A DNA stretch of 63,788 nucleotides, counting the filler, from Cercozoa sp. M6MM (lineage: Eukaryota > Protista > Endomyxa: Ascetosporea): assembly GCA_040357565.1 (NCBI GenBank). It is 12 parts of 12 records of this genome, joined end to end, with 100 filler letters (N's around TTAATTAATTAA, not from the genome) between each part and the next. Parts side by side here need not be neighbours in the genome. Positions count along the whole stretch, not along the records: positions 1 to 7,868 come from JBDODJ010000588.1; positions 7,969 to 20,808 come from JBDODJ010000372.1; 10 more parts are not named here. One strand, given 5' to 3'. Below the pieces are notes generated by a model that was given only the letters and a program-made list of their open reading frames with translations, was not told where the DNA came from and made no database searches. Below are positions 1 to 11,011 of the stretch, in pieces (positions within the stretch are counted from its first letter, which is position 1; each line of letters starts with the position of its first letter). The position numbers were made by a program, and so were the translations under genes.

Positions 1-48
1 TTACCCCCCTCACATACACACCCCTTTACCCCCCCCCCCCCCCTGCAG

Positions 49-632
49 GAGTCGGTAAAGTTCCCGCGCTTTGTGCCGACGCCGCGTTCGATCACGATGA
101 ACTACGCATTCCCGGTGTCGGAGGGACCGCTTGTGGAGTACACTGGACTAGCTTTACCCCTACCCCATTCCCTTTACCCTACCCCATTCCCTTTACCTTC
201 CCCATTCCCTTTACCCCTACCCCTTACCATCTACCCTACCCCCATACCTTTACTCCTCCCCCTCCTTTTAACAGCAAGGTGGCCGTGGAGCACGCACATC
301 GTTTCTACGACGCCTATGCCAACTACATCGCCACGAAAGGACCACACAGTAGTTTCACCCCATCCTCCCTTCTCCCTTAGGACTCCCTTCGCCCTTTTCA
401 CCCCCCCCCCGCCGTGCCTGTAGAGAACCGCGTACTGTTTGGCGTGCCGATCGGTTTTGACGCCAACGACATCAACGAGGCGCCGCGGCCGGTGTCGAGT
501 CTTGCCACGCGCGCACTTCGCGCTCTCTTCGCACGGTACCTCGCGCTTTGTTCTTTCTTGCTATTGCGTTTGATCTTGCGAGCTGTGTGCAGGAGACCAG
601 ACGCGCCGACTGTCGATGTTAAAGCTGAGTAG
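49..632 (+). CDS. 3' part of a multi-exon hypothetical protein (5' truncated)
   Basis: Exons join in frame through GT-AG introns with C-rich interiors: ESVKFPRFVPTPRSITMNYAFPVSEGPLVD|KVAVEHAHRFYDAYANYIATKGPH|KNRVLFGVPIGFDAND...; stop TAG 630-632. No family recognised. Confidence 0.55.
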
Positions 633-800
633 TAGATATGTGTTTAGTTACCTAGTTATGTTACGCTACCCGACCGGACTAAAGCAATGTGGCAAATACG
701 CGTGTATCTTACGGTTACGCTACTAATATCGAATGTCTGTCTTGGAGATCATTGGCAGTCTCAGTTCTGCGACAAAACGGAAACCGAACAGCCAGGCTCA

Positions 801-1170
801 CTAAGGCAAGAGGAAGGCGCCACCGATCGTCTCCTTGAAAACATTGATGACGAGCTCTCGGTTTTCGCTTTCCTCGAGAATGTCATGCAGGTCGGGAAGC
901 GCTTCTCCGATAGTTCTTTCGCCATGTTGTTCGAGACGCTCGCCGTCCACCATGAACCGGAGCTGCACGAGTTTTCGTCCAGATGAGAAAAAAGTAACAA
1001 AGCGTCTGAACTTAAAATACCTGACTGCTCGACAGTTTCGTTTTTGAGCAAAAAACGTCGACAAGTTTTGACACCTTAACGCTGTCTCTCGCCTTGAACT
1101 TGACAGGCTTCACACCATCGGCCACGACCTTGACGAGGAATGGATCTGATCTGCTAGTCTCGCTCGACAT
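801..1170 (-). CDS. SUMO: SUMO-like ubiquitin-fold modifier precursor (divergent), 2 exons
   Basis: Exon 1 (1170-1021) MSSETSRSDPFLVKVVADGVKPVKFKARDSVKVSKLVDVFCSKTKLSSSQ, 58-nt GT-AG intron (1020-963), exon 2 LRFMVDGERL...VINVFKETIGG-AFLLP*. Shows the SUMO hallmarks LRF.xDG.R and a C-terminal di-glycine followed by a short propeptide. Confidence 0.8.
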
Positions 1171-1228
1171 CTTTCGTTCTGCCACAAAAATCACAAAAAC
1201 ATGCTTTCGTTCTGCCACAAAAATCACA
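1171..1228. repeat. Direct duplication of 25 bp (period 33) immediately upstream of the SUMO start
   Basis: CTTTCGTTCTGCCACAAAAATCACA at 1171-1195 and 1204-1228. Confidence 0.9.
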
Positions 1229-1471
1229 CAAACCACCGCAAGCCGAAAGTACTTTAGCAGATTAATTATTGCGTTTTCTGCGCAGGGCCAAGCACAGGAC
1301 TCTGCTCGCGCCCAGAAAAAACAGTGTTTGCGCGTTGACAAAAATAATCAGTGATCAAGTCCTGTAGCCAGTCACTCGACCCTCTGTAGAAGATCTGCCC
1401 GCCGCAGCGTTTCTTACAAAGGTGTCCTCAACAGATCATTTCGTGCTAGATCGGTGATTTAGGCCTAAGCG

Positions 1472-4400
1472 ATGCTGAGGGTGGCAACGTCTTGCGGCTT
1501 GGATGTGCAGGTTGCACACGACAAGCTGCCACTGCTGACCACGGTGCGCGGCGACGGCCGTGAAGTGTTTGAGACTAACTTTTTGACAAAGGAGAGCTCT
1601 AGCGTCTACCGCACCAGCGAACACAGCGATGAAGCTGCCGTTCAAGTTGTTTCGGCGTGTGCGAGTCCTGAAGGAAACTACCTGGCCTTCATGTGCGAAA
1701 CTGGCGAATTACGTCTCCTTGACGTCGCGAATCGCATGCTGCATGCGCGCACACAGCTAACCGGAAGAACAAACCAGCAATTGCGGAATTTTATTTCTCA
1801 GATGAGTAGTTCGCATCTCATTGTACCTTGCTCTCGAAGCTCGGTTCGCGTTCTCGACTTGAATCTTGAGACGATAGGAGAAATTCCAGTTGCCTGTGGA
1901 AACGAGCATTTGGAGGGAGTACGCTTCCTCGCCAGTACCGATGGTAAATCGAGATTGCATTAGACCTTGCTTGCATTCCCAGTTGCAACGTAGAAAAGCA
2001 ACCGAAGCTGCTTTTTTGGACGAGACACCGCGTCGTCTGTGTGCAGCTGCGCGACAGCAAGCTAAATCTTAACTCTGCGAATTCGGCTTCATTCAAAGAG
2101 AGAGGATTGGATCTTGGCGACGTTGGCATGCAAAGTCAGGAGATAGTAGCTGCCGCGCGTGTTTTGACTGCACACAGCGACCAACTACAGCCAAACCCAA
2201 CTCTGAGCTTTAATGAAGCGAAACCAGCTGCAGGACGCCAACATCGACTAAAGCAGCAGCTCCACGCATGGCCTCTGTGGTCGGCAACGAGCGAAGATAT
2301 TCAGGGGGGTGAAATCGTGGGGTGCACTGTCGGCGTCGACGAGAATGGCAAGCAGGTTTTGTTGATGGCTACGCAACGTGCAAAGGAGAGCTGGGTTCTG
2401 CTGCTTTCGCCCGGCGGCCGAATGATGCTTGCTGAGCAGGTACCCGAGATTGCAGCCATCACAGGTGCAACTGCGCCTCTGATGCCGGCCAGTGGTTCAT
2501 TTTTTGTCGTTTCTTCCAACGGCGACATTCACGAGCTATCATCGACGCTTCGGCGATTGTCGGTGATGCAGTGTCCGGAACTGGCACTTGCTCTGCGTCG
2601 CGAAAGCTGGCGTTGGCCGCTTTGCTGCGCCAAGACAGTGACCGACCGACACCGTGGTTTGCGGTACCTTGTTGTCACCAACGCCGGCGGCGTGGCGGCT
2701 GTTGCCCAGTTGAAGACCGGGTTGGGCGATCTTGAAGCACACGCTGCCAATGTTTGTACTGTTGGGCGTACCTTCGTGCCGTACAGGACAGTCTCTGGCG
2801 CTGTGGCTCGCACGTCGTACGCAGCGACGTGGCTTCGTGCAGGCCGGAGCTTTGTTACCTTCGACGAGTTCTCGAAATCACTGGCCCTATGGAGAGTGAA
2901 GGAATCGCTCAAGTGTCTTCGTCACATCGCGCTGCCTCCCATGCATCGGCAGGTGACAGATATCGCAGCCGCTCGCTGCATTTCTTCAGAGTACGTGTGC
3001 ATCGGTTCGACTTCAGGAGTTGCTCTAATCAACGTTCGCACAGGTCAGGTGGCCGCACAGTACGCGAGCTCTGGCAATACTGTTCAGAAAATCTCCATCT
3101 CGGATCAGGGTCTGCTCGTTGTGTTGTTTTCCGACGGCGCAGTATCTGCTTTCGCATGCAGGCAAGACGTTATTCGCTTCAGAACGAAGGTGCAAAACGG
3201 CAATTCCAAGACTCAAACTCGCTCGTCGGTTCCAAAGAAATGCGTGATCGCTCTGAACGACAGCATGGTGCTGGTATCGTCGGGTGTGCAGCTCAAGCTG
3301 TATCACGCTCAAGCCAGCAACACAATTGAGGAGTTTGTTCTCGTTGACACTGTGCGTGTCGCTTCTGTCGGCAAAGGCGATTGTGTTGTGTCTGTTTCAG
3401 CAACGAAAAGTGAGGACTCGCAGATGCGAAGCGTAGTGGCGATCACCTCCAACGGAGCGCTGACTCAGTGCCCGATTTGTACACTCGGTTTTGTGCGCGA
3501 AAAAAGCAGCGTTGTCGATGTTCGAAGAGCTGGAGTCGCTCAACTACAGAGTGCTTCCACCGCATGCAGCGAAGGAACAATTTCGACAATTGTGGTGGCT
3601 GACTCGACATGTTCGGTCTTTGGTGAAAGTGGAGACATCCTTCGTAGTTCCGTTCCTGCCAAATCTTTTTCGGCATCACAATGGGACGAGCGACGTCGTT
3701 TCTTTGCGACACCGACAACAAGTTTACGCACATCACAAACTGCATCCTACGCCTCTACTTCTCTGGTTCGTCGTAAGTGCAAGCTACTTTTGGTCGATGT
3801 GCGAGCTGCTCGACTACTCGCGTCGCGAGTCGTGGACTGGACCTGCGCTAAGTTACACCAGGACGAACCAGTTCGAGCGGTTCTCGACAAAAGCGGAACG
3901 ATGTCGTTGTTGCAACTACCTGGAACTGCACTGACGCTGCTGACACAGGCGGATCTAGAACTAGAACAACCATTCAACGACAGTTTCGCTTCGTCGCAGT
4001 TGCAAAAAAACTCGGACTCGGCAAGAGAACTGGCTCAACTTGAGGATGTTGATGCCACCTCTACAGGCAGCGAATCGATGTTCGGAATTTCCAGCGCGTC
4101 GAAATCGGTTCAGCGCAGCAGTGGAAGCGATCTCGCAGGCGAGGTACACAGCCCGCCAGTCACTGTTCTGCTTGATGCTATTTTCAGGGCGAGTTCGAGC
4201 GCGAGAGGTTTCAGACACGGCTCTTGCAAGAGGAACAAGACCACACCCACTTGCCGAAAGCGCCGTCCAGTGTAGTCTCTGACGAGTCGAATGCGCTCAG
4301 TCGGCAAGAAAGCAACCTGAGCATCGAAGCCATGAAAACTTTTGAGAAGAAGCTCGAAAACTACGGCATTGGTGCACTTTGAATGTTATCTTGTATTTTG

Positions 4401-4739
4401 CGAGATGGATGACGGATACACTGAACAGACCCTGTCGTGAAGCCTCTGGCTCCATCTCGTTCTGGCAAAACTGAAAGCGAAAAGGAAGACGAGAGCAACA
4501 GAAAAGATGCCGAAACTCTCGAAATTGAAGAAGAAGCACAAGCCGACGAAGAAACGGCAGAGCCAGAGGTGACCAATCATGAGGAGACAGAGGTCGAGGA
4601 CATCGCTGAACCGCGTGAAGAAGCCGAGAAACTCGCCAGTGCGAGCGGGCAGGGCAACGATGGCAGTGTGGTGGGTGAAGACACCGAGATTGTTGATGTC
4701 ACAGAGGTAACGTCCGACAACGGGTCCATAGAGCGTTAG
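1472..4739 (+). CDS. Large WD40/beta-propeller-like protein with acidic C-terminal tail, multi-exon
   Basis: ORFs 1472-1963, 2041-4275 and 4437-4739 join through GT-AG introns (about 1944-1993, 4144-4187, 4372-4428). Beta-strand-rich repeats (ASPEGNYLAF, LRLLDV, ISISDQGLLVVLFSDGAVSAF) and an E/D-rich tail. Start uncertain. Confidence 0.6.
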
Positions 4740-4958
4740 CTGACGCCGGTCGCGTCGAACTAAAGTCATCCGAACTAGTTAACACAAAATGGTCGGTCAC
4801 ATTCCAAGCCAACCCGCCGCCCGGGTGCGAGCCAGGGCTGGCGTTTTACACTTTTACTGTACTCAACGGTGGCCTTTGTAACTTACTGCAGTTAGCCTGA
4901 CCGTGAGGAACTTCGATGACGATCGAGCTTCAACTGCTTCGCTTTAGCAGGAAACTCT

Positions 4959-6151
4959 TCAGCCCATCATGATGCCGCCATCGACGCGCAGGCGCTGTCC
5001 TGTGACCCAGGAGGCTTCGTCACTCACTGCATACACACACACATACACATACACAAACACATACACACACACACAGCACCCGATGCGTACCCAGGAAGGC
5101 GGCGACGTTGGCGACTTCGTCGGCGGTGCCACAGCGACCTAGTGGCGTCGCCTCTGCCACCGAGTGGAAGCGCTACTCGCAGCAACAGAAGGAGAGAGTG
5201 GAGCTGCTGTAAGTGCTGCTGTTGCAGCTGGAACGACAAGAGACATCTACCTCCTCGGGGTAGCCGCTGGTCATATCGGTGTCGACAATGAGTCCGGGCT
5301 CAACGAGATTGACGCGCACCTGGCGAGGTCCGTACTCCTTGGCCAGGGTCGTGCAGAGTCCTCTCAGTGCCTGGCATAACCTTTGTTAATCAGGACAGTG
5401 TATACAGGTCGTTAGCGGCACTGAATACCGCCTTTGACGAAGCGTAGGCGGCTTGTCCGCGATTACCATCGGCAACGTCGCTGCCAACGATGACGATACT
5501 GCCGGCCTTCTTGGCATGCAGCATCTGTCGCACTGCCTGTCCATACAGGGACATCAGCCAACACGTAGACCCAGCATGCACTCAACACAGGTACTTGTTG
5601 TGTCGTCCAAATGCACCCAGCAGTGTTGACTTGCAGCATTCGCAAGGCTGCTTCTTCCTGTCAGAAGCACAGCAGGCACATCAGAGTGGGCACATGTCTG
5701 TCTCATCAAGTGTACCTGCTGTGTGATCAGAGGCGAGTCTTCGGCAATGCCGGCAGCACACACAAGTGCATCGCAGTCGCCCATGCGTTCGGCGCTTCTC
5801 TTGAATGCCTATTCAGCGAGCACAGTCACTCTACATCATGTTGATAAATGTGCAACAGCAGGCGGACACCTCAATGACAGACTGCCGATCGGCGACGTCG
5901 ACAATGAAACCTTGGCACTCCTCCGGTGACAATGCAAGCTGTTCGAGTGCGCGCTCGACCGACTCTTCACGCCTGTAGAACTCGCACACTTGTACAAGCT
6001 ATCATTTATGGCCGCTATCAGTGTACCGAGACATCAGTGCGAGACGGTAGCCACGTGCATGCAACGCACGTGCGCAGGCGAGTCCAATACCGCGTGTGCC
6101 GCCACTGATCTACATCGAAGTGGAACACCACTGTACGAATACTCTACGCAT
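4959..6151 (-). CDS. Short-chain dehydrogenase/reductase, FabG/CBR4-like 3-oxoacyl-ACP reductase
   Basis: Spliced product has ISGGTRGIG (Rossmann motif), DALVCAAGI, GSIVIVGS, catalytic YASSK, VRVNLVEPG, TPLGRCGTADEVANVAAFL and WVTGQRLRVDGG*. First exon uncertain. Confidence 0.9.
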
Positions 6152-6482
6152 CTCTCTGTTTATGTTGCACCACTGCCAGCGGCTTTTCTGCTGCAGTGCT
6201 ACCGACAAGACACATGTTCATATTTCATCTCCGTCCGGGAGGGAAGAATAATACCTCATTGCGCGGTTTGCCACCCGACGTAGCACGACGCTTTTACTGA
6301 GCATTTACGGCACTCTCAGGTAAATCAAACTCCCTGTATGTACAAGCACACGTCAAAACAGGATACTGAGGGAGAACGGTTTATCGGCTCTCAATCCCTG
6401 TTTGATTCCAAACACAAGTGTGTTCGAAATCTGCTCTCTTGGCGGTCCTAGTCTGTTGCTAGTGTGTGTACGCGCTAAGAAG

Positions 6483-7810
6483 ATGTCAGAAACAGAGGAA
6501 AACCCGTTCGAATTACCGCTCACGAAGCGTCTGGACATAACTGGCCATGAGGTATCTTTCCTCAAAGTCCATCCGCGTGGATGGTTTGAAATCATCCGTT
6601 TTTTTGTGCTGTAGCTTCGTGTGACGGCACTGGGACTCGATAAGAGTGGTTCTCGTCTCATCACTGGCAGTCTCGGTAGACCTGTTATTCTGTGGAAGTG
6701 CAGTTTTCTTTCTGACCTGCTTTGAGGTGGCTTGATTGATGCAAACTCACAGATGGTCGCATTCGAATGCACGACTTTGCGGCGATGGATTCAATGTGCC
6801 GTTCTTTTCGCGAGGTCGAGCCGTACGAGGGCCAGCGTGTCACTGGAGTGTACCATCTGTTTGTGTTCCTTCTGTTTGACGAATAGAATGATGGGATGTG
6901 TGCGACAAACAGCACGTGGCACCCGAATGCGCAACACTTCCTGGTGACAACAAGTTCCTGGCAGCCGCTGATCTATGATCGTGATTTGCATCCCGAAAGC
7001 AAAGTCGAGTTTGCCAAGGGTATGTTTTTTTCATTCTGCATGTTCAGAACTTGTACTTTCATGTTGTTCTTGTATTTGGTTAGGTTGGATGTACATTCGC
7101 GATTTGAAGAAAGCCAAGGGCCACGTTGCTCCCATCAATGGCTCGCAGGTGCTATTGTTTCAAGCCTTGAGCTTTAGCTTTCTGGAAACTGTTGTTGTGC
7201 AGTGGAGACCCGATGTGCCGGACGAATTCATCACATGGTCGCAGGTAGCGTTTTGCTTTTTTCTCTTCTTGTGTCAAGGCTGCTGTACTGTCGTCCTTGT
7301 AAAACAGGACGGAAGCGTACGAGTCTGGCGCACCGACAGAATACACGAGTCGCTGCATGTAGACTTTTCTTTTGCGTGTGTCTGTTGGGACGGACTAATG
7401 TCTTTTTAGACTCTGCGACCGACATCCGTGACGGGTGCCCGTTTGCGCGTATTGCTTTTTGCTCTGCTTTCTTGATTATTACTTTCTATGCCCGATTTCT
7501 GTAGCTCCGAACAAGCACACTCGCGCATGGTGGACGCACGCTTGTAATGGGCTGTGAGGACGGCTCATTGCAGGTGTCTTGTTTTCCTCCAGACTGTGCG
7601 GATGTGTATAAGCGTGATGAAGCTTACTGTTTGTGCCGCAGTTGTTCGACATGCGCGGTTCGCTTGTGGCACCGGCCAAGACAGTGAAGAAGGCGCACGA
7701 TGTCAGCGGCACCTTGTCGCGTGGTACGCAGGCTCCTCGGTATTGTGGAGTGCGTTTGTACCTTGTTGGTTTTAGGTGACAACACGGGCGACGGCAAGCA
7801 GATTGTGCAG
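6483..7810 (+). CDS. WDR70: WD repeat protein WDR70/Gad1-like (3' truncated at contig end)
   Basis: Spliced: VTALGLDKSGSRLITGS, HDFAAMDS..RSFREVEPYEG, PLIYDRD, KG|WMYIRDLKKAKGH, WRP...EFITWSQ|DGSVRVW; these match remembered WDR70 motifs. Confidence 0.8.
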
Positions 7811-7868
7811 ATTGTGTCTACGTCCTACAATGTATTCTCACCAACAACTGTGTGTGTGTGTGTGTGTG

Positions 7869-7968
7869 NNNNNNNNNNNNNNNNNNNNNNNNNNNNNNNN
7901 NNNNNNNNNNNNTTAATTAATTAANNNNNNNNNNNNNNNNNNNNNNNNNNNNNNNNNNNNNNNNNNNN
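7869..7968. other. Artificial contig-joining linker N44-TTAATTAATTAA-N44 (also 20809-20908, 24545-24644, 29647-29746, 30796-30895, 37027-37126, 42331-42430, 47892-47991, 55240-55339, 59603-59702, 62331-62430)
   Basis: The identical 100-nt block, with stops in all six frames, occurs 11 times and genes are cut at each one. Confidence 0.97.
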
Positions 7969-8000
<32 letters not shown>

Positions 8001-8017
8001 TGTGTGTGTGCGTGCAA

Positions 8018-8179
8018 GTTTGGTGCGGTGCACAGAAGGAGGGCCTCAAGCTCATGGCCGAGGGCTCGACGTACGAATTCTTCCTACCGCCGGAGCTCGC
8101 GTTTGGGGAGGAAGGAACCGACAAAATACCGCCGAACGCAAGCGTCATCCACAAGATCGAGTTGATCCAGTTGCTGTAA
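8018..8179 (+). CDS. FKBP-type peptidyl-prolyl isomerase (Mip/FklB-like), last exon only
   Basis: EGLKLMAEGSTYEFFLPPELAFGEEGTDKIPPNASVIHKIELI is the C-terminal half of an FKBP domain. Confidence 0.85.
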   Translation, partial: VWCGAQKEGLKLMAEGSTYEFFLPPELAFGEEGTDKIPPNASVIHKIELIQLL

Positions 8180-8442
8180 CGCTATGAATTCGGTTACGCT
8201 AAAATTACATTCGTTAGCTCAGTCAACTAAGAAGCCACTTACTAAATCACTGCCCAGGCTATTCGTCTGATTCTGCGTCTGGTGGGACCGGGACGCACTC
8301 TAGATCTAGCCTGCGAAGACGGCAGTCCAGCAAACAAGGGAGTTGCGTTGCATGGTCCTATCCTAAGCCGGTAGATACGCCCATCCTCTTTTGATCCACC
8401 CCAGACTGCTTAGTTGGTTTCCTATAAGACTCAAAACTAACT

Positions 8443-11011
8443 TCAAGGTGCACCGCCGTCGACTGCGGCTGCACTGGCAGCTTGAGTGGGCAGCTTGCGT
8501 ACTGGCACGATGGAGATGTATTCCGAGTCCGAGTCCGAGTCCGAGCCGTCGTGCATCCTGCCAGCAACGGCCTCGTCCGAGGTCATCAGTTCGCCTCGCG
8601 CGCGTTTCTGTCGTTTTTCCAGTCGCAGGCGCTGTCGTTCCCTGTCGTTTAAACATTCGTTCCAGTATACCATATACAAAGACAAGAAAGGGAGTGTACT
8701 CTCGCGGAAGCGTGCAGCGCAGGTCGCGCAGGTCATCGCCATTGCTGCAACACCAAAGTTTAGTTGGATTTGAGTTAACGTTGAGTTGGAGTTGTACCCA
8801 TTGGCGTATTTGAGTTCGCGCAGTCGCATTCGCATGTCATTCTCGTCGTTCTCAGCGCAGCACTCGGCAGAAGAAACGCCACCAGCAACAGCAGCTGTTT
8901 CGGGCAGCAGCGACTCAGTCTCGATGCACGTCACGTAGCCATCGGTGCTACTCACCAGCAGTTGCTTACCGTCGCCACTCCATGCTGCATCCCTGCGGGG
9001 GAGGGTAAAGGAAAGGAATGGAGAGTATAACAGCCCTACGTGAGAGGTGTGTAGTGAATGCCATCTATGGCCTGCAGCACTGTCCACTGGGGGGGGGGGG
9101 TAAAGAGGGATAAGAGGGGGTGTAGGGGGTACCTCGCGAGTCTCCACAATGACAATGGCGTGTTTGAGAATAAGAGCGACCAGTGTGAATGTGCTATTCA
9201 TGTCTGTGTAGACCACAGGCGAGGCACGTACTCCTACCGCTGGGTAGGGCAAGTGCGCCACACACTGAGCCGCATGTCGCAGATCGTCTCGTTGCAGCAC
9301 CCACACGCTGGGGGGGGGGGGGGCCCGTGGGGGATACGTGGGGGAGGGTTACAAGTGTACCAGAAGCTCCTGTCGTCGCTGTCGTCGCAAGCGAGCACAC
9401 CACCCGGCAGCAGCAGGAACTGTCCATCGGCCGTCCAGCAGGGCCGTCGCGAGTGTGGTGTCACCTCCTGTGGCAGGTACATCTGGTGTCGTCGCACCGG
9501 CGCTCCTGCCTCGCTCTGTTTCTCTAGCAGTGCTGTGCTCTGAGGGGGGTAAAGGGAGGTAAATGAAGGTGGGGTTGGGGGTAAAGTGGATACCGCGCGG
9601 CAGGTGTACTTGCCGGCATTGTTGCGTCGGAAAGAGCGCGCAGCTTTCGCCGTCAGCACCGTGACAAAACCGAATTCTTCCTCTTCATCTTCGTATTCGC
9701 TTTCTTCTTCTTCTTCCTCATCTTCGCTTTCGCCGTCGCTCGCTTCCTCCGCTGCTTCGCTCGATTTCGCCTTCACTTTCGCTTCACTTGCGTTGCTCAC
9801 TTTCGCTTCGCTTGCTTTGTTCACTTTCGCTTCGTTTGCTTCATTCGCTTCGCTCGCGTTTGCTTCGTCACTTGCAACGTTACTTTCGGCATTTTCGGCA
9901 GTCGCGTTGTCGTCTTCGACGAGCGAGATCACTTCATCGCGGGAAGCGCGAGTTTTGCTTTCGTCAGTTTCGAGTGATGAAGCTTTGACGCTAGCTTCAG
10001 TTGCTTTGACTGCTTGCACTGTTTCATTGGTCGTTCTGGCAGTGTTTGCAACGCCTGCAGTGTTTGAGACTGAATTTGAAGTGTCGGGGATGGGGTCCCA
10101 TGCAACGCCCATCACGGCATCACGAGTGCTGGCGAGTTCCGACTCAAGAGCTGCGAGCACCGAATCGCCCTGCAACGTCAGTCGCCAGACAAAGGCACGA
10201 CCATCGAATCCACCCGACACCAATCGCAACACATCAACTTCATCGCCTTTCTGCAACGGCGACCATGCCAGATCGACGATTTCCTCCGAGTGGCGTTTCT
10301 CCCTGGAGAAACGCCCCAGTTACACTTGAAAGAAACGCAGCAAATTAATGTGTACAGTGTTGCAACTCGTCGCCAGCACTCTGCTGAAGGCATCCAATCT
10401 TCTTCCTGCAGGTGAAAGCATCAAATCATGAAATTTTTTAAGGAAAAAACTTCAAGCTAAACAGCTTTCAAGTTGAAATAAAACTACAAAAAGTAAAGCC
10501 ACCTGGCCGAAAGGAGGCGTCGTCATGCTTTTGGCAGCGCGTTTCTCGTCGAGATCGTGTCGCCAGATTGTTAGCGAACCACAAACACCGCCCAAAGCGA
10601 TCAACCGACCGCAGGGCGAGAAACGCGCCACATTGATCGCGCCGATGGTGCCCACAAAAGGACACAACTGCGTGACGAACTCGGGGTTTTCCTCCTCTGG
10701 CGTACGGCACCAGATGCGTGCACGGGCATCGCCACCTCCAGTCAATATGCGTTTCTACACAATTAATTGGTAACGAACAATTTGGAAAAACGCAAGGAGA
10801 AACGCTGGTGTCAAAAAGGTACTCCCAAGCCGGGCTGTGCGTCGATCGAGAAGATTGGCTGGGCACCTGCACAAATCAACTGTGTTGCTCGTGCTAGAGT
10901 TTCAAAACGGTCGATACCTTCGTTTTGGTGGTGCCAGGCGCACTCAAACGTCGTCACGGGCAGTCGTGGCTCGTCGGAAGCACCATCATCTGACATTGGC
11001 GCCAGCGACAT
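8443..11011 (-). CDS. CHAF1B: Chromatin assembly factor 1 subunit B (p60/Cac2) WD40 protein
   Basis: Spliced: TFECAWH, QPIFSID, LTGGGDARARIW, AINVARFSPCGRLIALGG, HSEEIVDLAWSP, VMGVAWDP, RRPCWTADGQFLLLPGG, DAAWSGDGKQLLVSSTDGY, in the order seen in Cac2/CHAF1B. HIRA is the alternative assignment. Confidence 0.75.

Noticed and set aside
140-160. Non-canonical CT-AG intron (CTAGCTTTACCCC resembles other donors)
   Set aside because: A canonical GT donor a few bases upstream (GA|GTACAC) restores the frame; the introns checked in PKA and the first transposase are all GT-AG.
4770-4850. Twister, HDV-like or hammerhead ribozyme in the intergenic hairpins
   Set aside because: Partial look-alikes (TAACAC..CAAGCC; GT-TCCCCTGC-AC) lack the required pseudoknot partners and core order.
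7869-7968. TTAATTAATTAA as a biological repeat, and gene clusters spanning it
   Set aside because: It is an N-padded artificial linker with six-frame stops, so neighbours across it are unrelated.
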